Source: an archaeon (lineage in GTDB: Archaea > Asgardarchaeota > Heimdallarchaeia > Heimdallarchaeales > JAJRWK01). Taken from it: 16,668 nt of DNA. Below the pieces are notes generated by a model. It made no database searches. It saw only the letters and a program-made list of their open reading frames with translations, and was not told the origin of the DNA. Below are positions 1 through 8,573 of this stretch, in pieces; the stretch's first letter is position 1; each line of letters opens with the position of its first letter. The stretch lies in the NCBI GenBank assembly GCA_024276795.1, contig JAJRWK010000032.1, forward strand, positions 1-16,668. Direction: 5' to 3'. The translations under genes were made by a program, and so were the position numbers.

Positions 1-1
1 A

Positions 2-2413
2 ATAGAGGAAAGCAATCCCTCATTCAATGAATCAGTACTAGACTATCAAGAGGACTATTCTATACTAGTAACGTTCAAAGACGGCCTAAACGGGTCAGTA
101 ATCAAAATAGGTTCATTTACTAGAAACTCTCAATCCAATGAGAGTTCCAACAATATCCAAGTAACATTCAACCTACTCCCCAATGGATCATACTCCTTCG
201 ATCTCACGGTTAACAGTTTTGTTAATCAGACGATCGCCATCATATGGACACTCAATGCTGAAGGATACGATATTGTGAACTACAAGCTAATCCTGTTCAC
301 AAGCCCGCGACCAATTGACCAAATAGTTGCATCTCCAACTTCAGAATTGATTGTTGGAGAAACTCCAAGCCCTTCGTTTGTTTCCTTTAAAGACAACATT
401 ACGGGACTTCAGGTTTACATACCGGAAGACAATACAACAATTCATTATTATGTTTATTCAGACCTAGCACTTTTCAATGGCTCAGATTCTTGGTATTGGG
501 AAACGATACCTGGTGGGATTGGTCTTTACATTTACATTATTCCAGCAGAAAACGATGCAGGAAAAATCATCACTTTGAAATTACCTGTTCAGATAGATGG
601 ATATGACTTAGTCATTCTCGAAGTGTCTGTCAAAGTTGCACCTTTAATCTCGACCTCACTGAATTATGTGACCGTGGGTTCTCTTCATTACTTCGAGGAA
701 GGACAAGTATTGCTTAACTATGCAGACGAAAACGGCACTTTGCCAGCTTTTGATGTCTCCATTGTTGCAATTAACGCATCTGATGCATTTAAGCTAGTAT
801 CGATTAGTCAGCTACCCAATGACTCACGAATTGTCGAGTTTCGCGTAATGGAAAAGCTTCCCAACAATATCTTAATCCTCAACATCTCCACTTCAAGTCC
901 AGGATACGAGACACGTTCAATATTAATCCAGATAACCATGATTCGAGGTGATGTGGAGCTACTCTACTCCGACATAGGCCCCGTCCCCGTGTACAACGAA
1001 ACTGCAAACATCGTAATAGAGACCTTTGCTTACGGACAACCAGTAAATGCAGTAGTCATAGTTGAGAATTACAATGGAACGAAACCCCCACTCATTACTC
1101 CCGCAAACATGTCTTCACAATTTACTCTCATCATTTATTTGGATAACAAAGATGCAAACACGACTCTAGCAATCCGCCTTGTCATCAATACGGAGACCTT
1201 GTATGGTGAACAAACAATTTATGTGTCCGTCTTACCCCTAGCAAAAATCAACATTGACGTTGAAATTAGTGGTACCCTTGCTCCAGGCCAGAACTTTACA
1301 GTACTCATAACAGCAAGCGCTGAAGAAGCCACGCAACTACTAGCTCTAAACCAAGCATCAAATAACATAGACTTTTCAAAGATCAATGTGTCCATATTCG
1401 CGGCATTCACTCTTGCGGATGGATCCACCGTCTTGCAAAGCGAAAACATCACTCTTTCGACGGATGGAATTGCTGTTGCGGGGCCATTCACTGTTCCACT
1501 TAATGCAATGAATGCTTCTCTTAGTATCACGGCAAAAGGACTTGGCATTGCACCGGTAGAAATAAGCTCGTCCGTTTCAATTTCTTCACCAACGGGTCCT
1601 ACAACACTGGGTCCCGGAAACCAGAATGGTATACCAACGATCTATGTTCTTGCAGGAATTGCAACCGTAATTGGACTTGCAGCCCTCTTATTTATTATCA
1701 GACTTGTCCGAAAGAAGAAAGAACAACAACGAGAAGAGGAGACAAGGGCATTGCGCCTTATCGGTGAGGTAAGCAACGCACGGGCACTAATAATTGTTGA
1801 TAGAAGAACGGGATATGCAGTTTTCACTCACAAATTCCAAGATGTGCCCGTAGATCCTCAACTCATTGCAGGAATCTTACACGCCTATGGTGCTTTTGAT
1901 CAAGAGATCACAGGGGGAATGGCCATTGACGTTCCACCAGGATTTTATCGGGTTGAACTTGGAAATCACTTCATTAACCGTGTCGTCGGAGACCCGTATG
2001 ATATTTACTTAATCACTTCTGGCCCAACCGATTCTCTCAAGGAAGGATTGTTGGAATTTGCCGACTGGTTTACTAAGAAATTCAAAACTGATGAGCCAGT
2101 AACAGATCTGGAATTCTATGATAGTGAAAGCCATGAGATAGAGTACATGCTCAACAAAACACTCCACGGCTGGATAACTGAAGAGATCATAACCACGAAT
2201 AAGCCCCAAAGAAAACTAAGACCTCTGGAACAGGAGATCCTTAAATGGGTTGATGAAGAGGAATCAGGGGAATTCACCCAAATCATTGAGGAATTCTCAC
2301 ACACTGCCACCGTGCCTGAAATCTTCAACGCTGTAAAGAAATTGTTTGAAGAAGGCTACCTAATGGTTATGAAAAGTGATGACATGAACAACGATGAAAC
2401 ATTCTCGATTTAG
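2..2413 (+). CDS. Large cell-surface/transmembrane protein, 5' truncated by the window edge: repeated beta-rich extracellular modules, single TM helix (about 1631-1705), basic stop-transfer, cytosolic longin/roadblock-like domain, C-terminal winged-helix-like segment
   Basis: Frame 2 has no stop from base 2 to the listed start at 275 (a GTG inside the same open frame), so the gene extends leftwards. Hydrophobic stretch IPTIYVLAGIATVIGLAALLFIIRLVRKKK. At least 14 N-x-S/T sequons before the TM and few after it. Cytosolic part RALIIVDRRTGYAVFTHKF...GILHAYGAFDQEI...LLEFADWFTKKF, then LRPLEQEILKWVDEEESGEFTQIIEEF...VPEIFNAVKKLFEEGYLMV. Confidence 0.85.
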   Translation: MEESNPSFNESVLDYQEDYSILVTFKDGLNGSVIKIGSFTRNSQSNESSNNIQVTFNLLPNGSYSFDLTVNSFVNQTIAIIWTLNAEGYDIVNYKLILFTSPRPIDQIVASPTSELIVGETPSPSFVSFKDNITGLQVYIPEDNTTIHYYVYSDLALFNGSDSWYWETIPGGIGLYIYIIPAENDAGKIITLKLPVQIDGYDLVILEVSVKVAPLISTSLNYVTVGSLHYFEEGQVLLNYADENGTLPAFDVSIVAINASDAFKLVSISQLPNDSRIVEFRVMEKLPNNILILNISTSSPGYETRSILIQITMIRGDVELLYSDIGPVPVYNETANIVIETFAYGQPVNAVVIVENYNGTKPPLITPANMSSQFTLIIYLDNKDANTTLAIRLVINTETLYGEQTIYVSVLPLAKINIDVEISGTLAPGQNFTVLITASAEEATQLLALNQASNNIDFSKINVSIFAAFTLADGSTVLQSENITLSTDGIAVAGPFTVPLNAMNASLSITAKGLGIAPVEISSSVSISSPTGPTTLGPGNQNGIPTIYVLAGIATVIGLAALLFIIRLVRKKKEQQREEETRALRLIGEVSNARALIIVDRRTGYAVFTHKFQDVPVDPQLIAGILHAYGAFDQEITGGMAIDVPPGFYRVELGNHFINRVVGDPYDIYLITSGPTDSLKEGLLEFADWFTKKFKTDEPVTDLEFYDSESHEIEYMLNKTLHGWITEEIITTNKPQRKLRPLEQEILKWVDEEESGEFTQIIEEFSHTATVPEIFNAVKKLFEEGYLMVMKSDDMNNDETFSI

Positions 2414-2614
2414 TAGCGAACAACAGCTTAACAATGTTACTAAAATACAAATGGCCTCTCATCTTACCTGGAAAAAGCGGCACGATGGGAAGCATTTCCT
2501 CTGCTACATTATGCGGAATAATGGATAGTAGGTAACACCCTGGGTTCACAGTTGTTCCAAACACACAAAGACCGGACACTAGCGACTTGTCTTCAGATGC
2601 TAGTAGTGGAGCCA

Positions 2615-3421
2615 TTACTCGGGCAGCAGATTATACATGGAGATCATACGTAGCAGATCTTTCTCTGTGAATATTCCAACAAGTTTCTCATTAGAAGTGA
2701 TTGGAACAGCACCAATATTCTTCCCCATCATAAGATTCACAATTTCTTTGACTGAAGCATTTCGATCTGCGGTGATCACCGGCGTTGTAGCAATTTCACT
2801 CACCTTTACCTCCAGCAAGGTACTATCCTTTTCGAGAAGAGAGTCTTTTCTCCGATGCAACACTTTCAAAATATCGGAAGCAGTTAAAATACCCTCCACG
2901 GTTTCGTGGTCTGAAGAAACAACAAGTCTGCGAATTTTGTTATGAGCCATGGACTTGATTGCGTGCTTTATCGATTTAGTGGGCTCAATTGTGATGACAT
3001 TGGAGGTGAAAAACTCTTCCAAGCTAGCATCTGCAAGAGATCCTGCAAAATGCTTGACAATGTCACGCTCGGTAACAATTCCCCCTAATGTTCCTTGTTG
3101 GTCAGTCACTAGTAATAGCGCGCCAACATTATTGCGATCCATCAGATTGACCGCTTCTTGAACAGAAGCCCTCGCGTCAATAACGATGGGTCTTGAGCTC
3201 ATGAATTCTTGAACTGGTATTGAGAGAACCGTCGGCAAGTTTTCCTCGGCTAGAACAGAAATAATATCCTTGACCGTAATCATGCCCGTAATTTGTCCCA
3301 CGTTGTCCAGGACAGGCAGACGTCGGATATTATTCTCAACCATTATCTCGACAGCATCCAACAACGTCTTATCATCTTCAATAAAGATTGTTTCAAGGGT
3401 AGCAATACCGGCGATTTCCAT
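2615..3421 (-). CDS. Protein with four CBS domains (two tandem Bateman modules)
   Basis: 268 aa, ATG start. Four repeats of the CBS pattern: VEIMVENNIRRLPVLDNVGQITGMITVKDII; VNLMDRNNVGALLLVTDQQGTLGGIVTERDIV; IKSMAHNKIRRLVVSSDHETVEGILTASDIL; VNLMMGKNIGAVPITSNEKLVGIFTEKDLL. Confidence 0.93.
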   Translation of the reverse strand: MEIAGIATLETIFIEDDKTLLDAVEIMVENNIRRLPVLDNVGQITGMITVKDIISVLAEENLPTVLSIPVQEFMSSRPIVIDARASVQEAVNLMDRNNVGALLLVTDQQGTLGGIVTERDIVKHFAGSLADASLEEFFTSNVITIEPTKSIKHAIKSMAHNKIRRLVVSSDHETVEGILTASDILKVLHRRKDSLLEKDSTLLEVKVSEIATTPVITADRNASVKEIVNLMMGKNIGAVPITSNEKLVGIFTEKDLLRMISMYNLLPE

Positions 3422-3530
3422 ATTAACTCATGTATTCGTAAATTTCTAACTTTATGAAAATTCCGCATGATTGTTCCGCAATACGGGAAAATACATTAAG
3501 ATTGCAAGCTATTCTTGAGGAAAAGCATGC

Positions 3531-3626
3531 TGGTGCCCCGGCCGGGATTTGAACCCGGGTTGCCGGCTTTCTTCAGAAATGATCTTCGAAAGGCCGGAGT
3601 CCTGGGCCGGACTAGACGACCGGGGC
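3531..3626 (-). tRNA. tRNA-Glu(UUC) with an 18-nt intron (3569-3586) after position 37; CCA encoded
   Basis: Reverse complement: GCCCCGG TC GTCTAGTCCGGCCCAGGAC T CCGGC CTTTCG[AAGATCATTTCTGAAGAA]A GCCGG CAAC CCGGG TTCAAAT CCCGG CCGGGGC A CCA. Acceptor, anticodon and T stems pair fully. Intron and exon form a bulge-helix-bulge: central helix CUUU/GAAG, 3-nt bulges CGA and AAA, inner stem AGA/UCU. Confidence 0.96.
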
Positions 3627-3678
3627 TTTAAAACAAGCCGTCATGATCTGCCAGCATAACACAAACCTTCGCATTTCA

Positions 3679-3686
3679 TTTTATAT
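3679..3686 (-). promoter_or_regulatory. Candidate TATA box for tRNA-Glu
   Basis: Minus strand GAAAGATATAAAATG, centred about 56 nt upstream of the mature tRNA 5' end; this would imply a leader of about 30 nt. Confidence 0.4.
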
Positions 3687-3790
3687 CTTTCTCTTGGTGC
3701 CACATAATATCGTCAGTCATTCTTCCCGGCATCCGCGATAAGTGCCTTGCTCCAAAAAGACAAATTAAGCAGTGTTTCGATTAATGACAT

Positions 3791-4405
3791 GTGAGTGGTT
3801 CCGCAGAGATTAGAGACGAAGAGCTTCGGTCCATAACTGATATGTTCATCAATGACCGTAGGTCAAAAGCGTTCGAAGCCCTTCAAGAAACGTTTCTAGG
3901 ATGGATGGAGGAAAAAGAATTAGACGATATTGAACATGCCATCATTCAATTCAGTGATTGGCTCACAAAACAAGGATACGAAGTAGAAGCTGCTTGGCTC
4001 CTAGCACGATTACTTTTCCTTCATTTGTCCCATGGAAATATTCAAGGTGCTCGAGCAATCGCCCCAAAACTTGAAGAATATGTTTCCCTCTCTCCGTCTG
4101 CACAAATTGCTTTGCAACAATACAAGATTCGGATGGAGCGAAAAGAAACCATTTTCTCGCCTATGACCATCGAGAGAAGGTCATTTCTTGGAGTCGATAT
4201 TCCCAAGAAAGAAACCCCTCTTGCGTTATTTGATTCAGTAGACGAGGCAAAGGAATGGATTAAGAAGACATTTGGTGAAGGCATTTACGAAGTGGTTCTC
4301 TTAGAAGAACGATCAAATATTTCTCAACATGTAACAGTTCCCATTGGGAAGGTCACAGAATACGAGATCATTGAGGAAAGATACGAGGGCATGAAACCAG
4401 AGTAA
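3791..4405 (+). CDS. Hypothetical protein, helical N-terminal half, small alpha/beta C-terminal part
   Basis: 204-aa ORF with GTG start (in-frame ATG at 3842 is an alternative). Helix-rich, TPR-like N-terminus (ITDMFINDRRSKAFEALQETFLGWMEEKELDDIEHAIIQFSDWL). It occupies an otherwise empty interval. An AT-rich element CAAATTAAG lies about 25 nt upstream of the GTG. Confidence 0.75.
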   Translation: MSGSAEIRDEELRSITDMFINDRRSKAFEALQETFLGWMEEKELDDIEHAIIQFSDWLTKQGYEVEAAWLLARLLFLHLSHGNIQGARAIAPKLEEYVSLSPSAQIALQQYKIRMERKETIFSPMTIERRSFLGVDIPKKETPLALFDSVDEAKEWIKKTFGEGIYEVVLLEERSNISQHVTVPIGKVTEYEIIEERYEGMKPE

Positions 4406-4483
4406 TTGCTCTTAGAGAAAAACACCAAAGATCTTAGCCGTCTCTTCCCCTTGGCTTTTGGCTTTGAAAACCATATTCCGTAG

Positions 4484-5398
4484 TCATTTTGGCATTAGAG
4501 ACCTTAAGAATTGAAGTGTGGACGGAAGATCCTTCTGTGAAATCCCCCCAAGCAGAATTTCTTGAACTCCAATTGAATCCAATTCTCTAAGTTTTCGCTG
4601 GACAGCCTTTCTTTCCATCACTAAGCAGAATTCGTCTGCAAGTAAATGGAGTTTGTCAAGAGGGAGCTCCTCTAGTCTTGTTGTTTTTTTCTTTATCTTC
4701 AGAAGAATGCTTGATATTTCCGTGGGAAAAGCCTCTAGGGTCTTTCTTGATACGGAAGAAATCACCATATTTAGGAGGGATATATTTCGCTGTTGATATT
4801 TTTCGTCATTTGGGAAAAATACAGGGATGAATGTCGATACGGTTTTGAAGGGATTCTTTTCTAGGAGATGAGAGAGTTCATGCACGCTACCTGTGTTTCC
4901 AATATAACCGTCAACAATGTCACAAAGCGATGAGAGAACTGATTGATTCTGTGTGCCTAAGAAAACCAAGGGGACACTCCTAGGGCGTTTCATTTGCAGA
5001 TGCGGATATTTAGGATCCTCGCCCTTTTGAATGAAATTGACAATACTGTGTACCTTTTCTATGAAAAGCGAAACAGATCTTTCCAACCGTAGTAGATTAG
5101 AACTTCTTTTGTCACCAGCACCCAAACCAATGATCACAGGTTCTGAAACAAGCTCTTGCAAAGTTAAGATTTTTCGAACAATATTGAATGGATGATACAG
5201 AGAGGTTGCTACGACGGAAATCCCAAATCGTTTCTTTTGAAGTATGGCAGACAAACCAAGCAATGTAAGAAATGGATCATATCCCTCAATGGAATCGCCA
5301 ATCCAAAAACGATGCACACCCTCTTGAAACGCTATTTCTGCGTGGCTTACGTGTGTTTGAAATGGGGACTTGGGGGCAATAGCGACACTAAGTTTCAT
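4484..5398 (-). CDS. Diverged luciferase-like / F420-dependent (LLM, Mer-like) flavin oxidoreductase family protein
   Basis: 304 aa. Family-like elements: HAEIAFQEGVHRFWIGDSIEGYDPFLTLLGLSAILQKKRFGISVVATSLYHPFNIVRKILTLQELVSEPVIIGLGAGD and a C-terminal RKLRELDSIGVQEILLGG barrel strand. Distant match judged by eye. Confidence 0.75.
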   Translation of the reverse strand: MKLSVAIAPKSPFQTHVSHAEIAFQEGVHRFWIGDSIEGYDPFLTLLGLSAILQKKRFGISVVATSLYHPFNIVRKILTLQELVSEPVIIGLGAGDKRSSNLLRLERSVSLFIEKVHSIVNFIQKGEDPKYPHLQMKRPRSVPLVFLGTQNQSVLSSLCDIVDGYIGNTGSVHELSHLLEKNPFKTVSTFIPVFFPNDEKYQQRNISLLNMVISSVSRKTLEAFPTEISSILLKIKKKTTRLEELPLDKLHLLADEFCLVMERKAVQRKLRELDSIGVQEILLGGISQKDLPSTLQFLRSLMPK

Positions 5399-5420
5399 TA
5401 AGAGAATTCGGAATGAAGGG

Positions 5421-5426
5421 TTTATA
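5421..5426 (-). promoter_or_regulatory. TATA box for the 4484-5398 gene, spaced for a leaderless transcript
   Basis: Minus strand AACTATAAACCC, centre about 25.5 nt upstream of the ATG ending at 5398. Confidence 0.6.
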
Positions 5427-5455
5427 GTTGTTCTTAGAGATACAAGACGTGGGGT

Positions 5456-6973
5456 CTATTCGAGATGTAGCGCCTCCTTCAAGTAAAGCAGACGGTTTTG
5501 CACAACGCTGACAAACTCATCGTTGAAGGTCAAGAAGCCAGAATAACTCCCTCTTACGTCTCTGTACAAGACCAGTGCCACCCGAATTATTGGCAAATCG
5601 ATTACTGCAAAACGATACTCTGAAAGCGGAATCAAGCCTCGAGAAACATAAATGCCTCTCGAAGTCCGCAGATCGAGACTTTCATCCGGACCAAGCTCTA
5701 GGAATAGTTCTAGGGGAACTCCTTGATTTATGAGAGACATGAGACGATCCATCGCTGTTTTCAAACCCCGGGAATCTCCAATTCCAAGAGCCAATGGCCT
5801 AGGACGACCCGTTGAATAGTCATCAAAACTCCCTTGCTTCGCAAAATAGGTCGCCATTTCTTCCATAAAACGCATAAAAGCAAGAGAGGAAGCAACATCA
5901 AGAACGACTTTCCAGCTTTTCTCAGGGGTCTTCATGATTTCTGCAATTCTTTCTGAATCTAACTCTCTTATTGCGCTTCCGAGCTGAGTCAAAATATCAA
6001 TTACGTCAACTTCTACGGGAATATCGTTACGTTGCCTTTGAATGATCATTTGGAAAATCCCGGTTCCAGCGACTTGTTGGAATCTTGCTTGTGCCACTGG
6101 TAGGTCTAGTGAATAAATAAAACGGATCAATTCTCCAAGCGGTCCCTCCATACCAATTTGGGCAAGCTCAGATCGGATCATGGGAATAATTACTTGCTCC
6201 AAGCTAGGAATCAATTTTCGATAAATCAAACGAAGAACCTTGCTAAGAACTAATTCTGATCCTGCTTCAAAGAATTGGATAGCCTTTGCCGCATCAATCC
6301 TTGAAACAAAAGCCCACCATTCCTCTTCTTCTCCATAGGAAAAAGGATGAATCACGTGGAACCATTTTTGGTCTTGTGTTATGACGCGGACATTGACTTC
6401 GCTTAATTGGACATGCAAAAGATCAACAATATCCCTCCAAAAGAACTGCGAGTGCTGAAGAGCGCTGGCCTCCCGATGGTTAATCAATATGGGCCATCCC
6501 TCTGGAGTAGCGATTCCGATGAGGTCAATAAAGGGATATTTTTCCATGTATTCGTGAATAATCTGTTCAGCATGAGCCATTTCCCGAGGGTTCACAGGAA
6601 GTTTTTCACCTAGTAGGAGATCCAAGTCTCGTCTTAATGCCCTCAGTTCATGTTGTGCTGCCCCCTTTTCAATAATGAGCTCTTCTGACTCCTTTAGACG
6701 TTGCATGATTCTATTTAGAAGCCTACGTGCTCCATTTCTGCTTACGGTTTGACTACATCTGAGAGCTACGAGGAAGTCACCGTCTCGTAGATATTGAATA
6801 TAGGAAGTTTCTAATTCCTCCATGATGATGTTTTCGCCTGTTGCTTCAAGCCCTAAAGCATCTTGAGCAGCAATTCTTCCTGCTGATAACATATTGTCTG
6901 TTTTTGCTTCTCCAAGATGGATAATGGGTGCGCTCTTGTAGAGCACATAGAGCTCAAGAATATCCGAATGCAT
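5456..6973 (-). CDS. Hypothetical protein with an N-terminal longin-like domain and further alpha/beta domains, possibly roadblock-like
   Basis: 505 aa. N-terminus ILELYVLYKSAPIIHLGEAK...LSAGRIAAQDAL...IIMEELETSYIQYLRDGDFLVALRCS...ARRLLNRIMQRL follows a strand-strand-helix-strand-strand-strand-helix order. A second segment IIHEYMEKYPFIDLIGIATPEGWPILIN resembles a roadblock start. Begins 24 nt after the upstream gene ends. Confidence 0.85.
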   Translation of the reverse strand: MHSDILELYVLYKSAPIIHLGEAKTDNMLSAGRIAAQDALGLEATGENIIMEELETSYIQYLRDGDFLVALRCSQTVSRNGARRLLNRIMQRLKESEELIIEKGAAQHELRALRRDLDLLLGEKLPVNPREMAHAEQIIHEYMEKYPFIDLIGIATPEGWPILINHREASALQHSQFFWRDIVDLLHVQLSEVNVRVITQDQKWFHVIHPFSYGEEEEWWAFVSRIDAAKAIQFFEAGSELVLSKVLRLIYRKLIPSLEQVIIPMIRSELAQIGMEGPLGELIRFIYSLDLPVAQARFQQVAGTGIFQMIIQRQRNDIPVEVDVIDILTQLGSAIRELDSERIAEIMKTPEKSWKVVLDVASSLAFMRFMEEMATYFAKQGSFDDYSTGRPRPLALGIGDSRGLKTAMDRLMSLINQGVPLELFLELGPDESLDLRTSRGIYVSRGLIPLSEYRFAVIDLPIIRVALVLYRDVRGSYSGFLTFNDEFVSVVQNRLLYLKEALHLE

Positions 6974-6997
6974 GATTGCCCCGCCTTTTCATCTTAA

Positions 6998-8434
6998 TCA
7001 CGATATTGGAATGAGCCTTGCTAAGGGGTGTGGAATTATTTTTTTCAAGCACTCAAAGACCAGCACTCGATCGTCCTTTTCAATACTTTCCATGAGCGAT
7101 ATAAACGTTTGGCGTCTTTCGAGTAATTCTGTCAGCAATGCCATGGCTTTTGCAATGATTTGGTGTTGATGTGCTTCAAAGTAAATGCGGGCGTCCTGAG
7201 GGGGGAGCGAAAAGATCGGGCTCCATTTCATAATAAGCTCTCTCGAAAGACCTCTCAAACCCCCTCCGCGTACTGACCCAGTTGCTGGATCAACAATAAC
7301 TGCTCCATAACGAACGTAGTCCTCAATAAGAGAATCTGAAGGCGGAATGCCTACGATGTCACACTCGATCAAGGAATGAGAAAAAATCTCGAAATCCAGA
7401 TATGATGTTAGGGACGCCAAGGCAAGAAGAACTATACGAATATCACCAGGATTTCCCACAACTGCAATGGTTCTTTTTGTTGTTAGGGCTTGAATGACTG
7501 GTAACCATGCATTGCCAAGAATACGTCTTGTCAAATCAGGTGTTACATCATGACTGCGTGGGAGGAATCGATCTAATGTTGGGTCGTAAACCATTTGTAG
7601 CCCAAGACTTTGCCAGCGATCGATAAGGAGCGTTTTGAAATCAAGCCAGCGATCCAAATCATGATCTGATTCGAATCCTTGCAACGAGCTATTTGCTGAA
7701 CTTTTATTCAAAATCTTGTGTGCCAGTTCCTTGAGCTGGCTTCTCACACTAAGGATTGAAACTATGTGCATCGAAGGAAAAACCATTCCTAAGAGACGAA
7801 GATTAGGCTGAGAAATACCTACAATGTAGGCAAATACTTCTCTTTCACCTAAAGGAAGGAACCCATCAAACAATCCATGTTCTTCGAATTGATCCAAGTA
7901 GGGGGTTAGCAGATGTTCTAACTGATTTCGAATGTCGAAGGGTAGTTCTCGATCAATCCAAAAAGATTGATTCTCTTTAACTTCGAGGAAAAAGGGCTGA
8001 ACGCCTTTGATTTCCTCTGTCGGATAAAAAGTAGTCAGCACTTCTCTCACTAGTTCTTCGATTTCGGCAACAGATTTATCCCAGAAATCATAAACTTCGA
8101 ACCGGTTTTTGTTCATCTCATTTATGCGAGTGTCAACTTCTTCCTGAATAATGCTCAGGATTTCTGTTGCAAGTTCTTCGTCGCTCCCCTTATCCATTAC
8201 AAGAACGTAGATTATGTTTTCGTCAAAACTAGATCGCAACACCAAAGTATTAGCAGTCCCCATATTAAGCTGACTAATTTCCGAGCCGGAAATCTCGCTT
8301 GCAAATGATGTGATTGCGCTTAGGAAACCGGCGGCGAGATCAACGTTTTTGAAAGTGAAGCCACTGAAATGAAGATGTAGGACAGGAACTCCTCCATAAA
8401 TTACTAAAAAATCGCGGATATTCATAAGAACCAC
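6998..8434 (-). CDS. Hypothetical protein: N-terminal longin-like domain plus a C-terminal region with DENN-like layout (tentative)
   Basis: 478 aa by the track, from a GTG. The ATG ending at 8425 (MNIRDFLVIYGGVPVLHLHF) is the more likely start. Longin-like: MNIRDFLVIYGGVPVLHLHFSG...GFLSAITSFASEISG...NTLVLRSSFDENIIYVLVMDKG...EILSIIQEEV. C-terminal: VIQALTTKRTIAVVGNPGDIRIVLLALASLTSYLDFEIFSHSLIECDIVGIPPSDSLIEDYVRYGAVIVDPATG. Confidence 0.85.
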   Translation of the reverse strand: MVLMNIRDFLVIYGGVPVLHLHFSGFTFKNVDLAAGFLSAITSFASEISGSEISQLNMGTANTLVLRSSFDENIIYVLVMDKGSDEELATEILSIIQEEVDTRINEMNKNRFEVYDFWDKSVAEIEELVREVLTTFYPTEEIKGVQPFFLEVKENQSFWIDRELPFDIRNQLEHLLTPYLDQFEEHGLFDGFLPLGEREVFAYIVGISQPNLRLLGMVFPSMHIVSILSVRSQLKELAHKILNKSSANSSLQGFESDHDLDRWLDFKTLLIDRWQSLGLQMVYDPTLDRFLPRSHDVTPDLTRRILGNAWLPVIQALTTKRTIAVVGNPGDIRIVLLALASLTSYLDFEIFSHSLIECDIVGIPPSDSLIEDYVRYGAVIVDPATGSVRGGGLRGLSRELIMKWSPIFSLPPQDARIYFEAHQHQIIAKAMALLTELLERRQTFISLMESIEKDDRVLVFECLKKIIPHPLARLIPIS

Positions 8435-8573
8435 GTGAAATCCTAAGATTCAATGCGTTTTTCTCCCCTTTAAGCCATTGGTTTAAAAACAAATAGGAAA
8501 AGCCACCAAAGACTAGTTGCAATGATTATTGACAGAACGATAATTTTTTCCGCAATTACCAGTAGCAATAACC

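Noticed and set aside
1219-2328. Antisense ORFs 1219-1548, 1642-1827, 2009-2209 and 2116-2328
   Set aside because: All lie inside the strongly supported ORF1 frame and look like antisense shadows with no domain features.
2578-2604. Weak hairpin ACTAGC...GCTAGT between ORF1 and the CBS gene as a terminator
   Set aside because: Only 6 bp, 15-nt loop and no adjacent T-tract on either strand.
2367-2615. 82-aa minus-strand ORF whose ATG overlaps the CBS gene stop (TAATG)
   Set aside because: The overlap resembles translational coupling, but the protein has no recognisable composition or domain and it overlaps the 3' end of ORF1. Kept only as a low-probability candidate.
2637-3161. ORFs 2637-2945 (+) and 2949-3161 (+)
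   Set aside because: Antisense to the four-CBS-domain gene.
4042-4284. 80-aa minus-strand ORF
   Set aside because: Antisense to the 3791-4405 gene; low-complexity Ser-rich translation.
5192-7169. Small plus-strand ORFs 5192-5401 and 6407-6613, and minus-strand ORF 6972-7169
   Set aside because: They overlap well-supported longer ORFs on the minus strand in other frames and show no domain features.
8340-8522. 60-aa minus-strand ORF upstream of the longin-like gene
   Set aside because: Overlaps the start of the 6998-8434 gene and the divergent promoter region, with no coding features.
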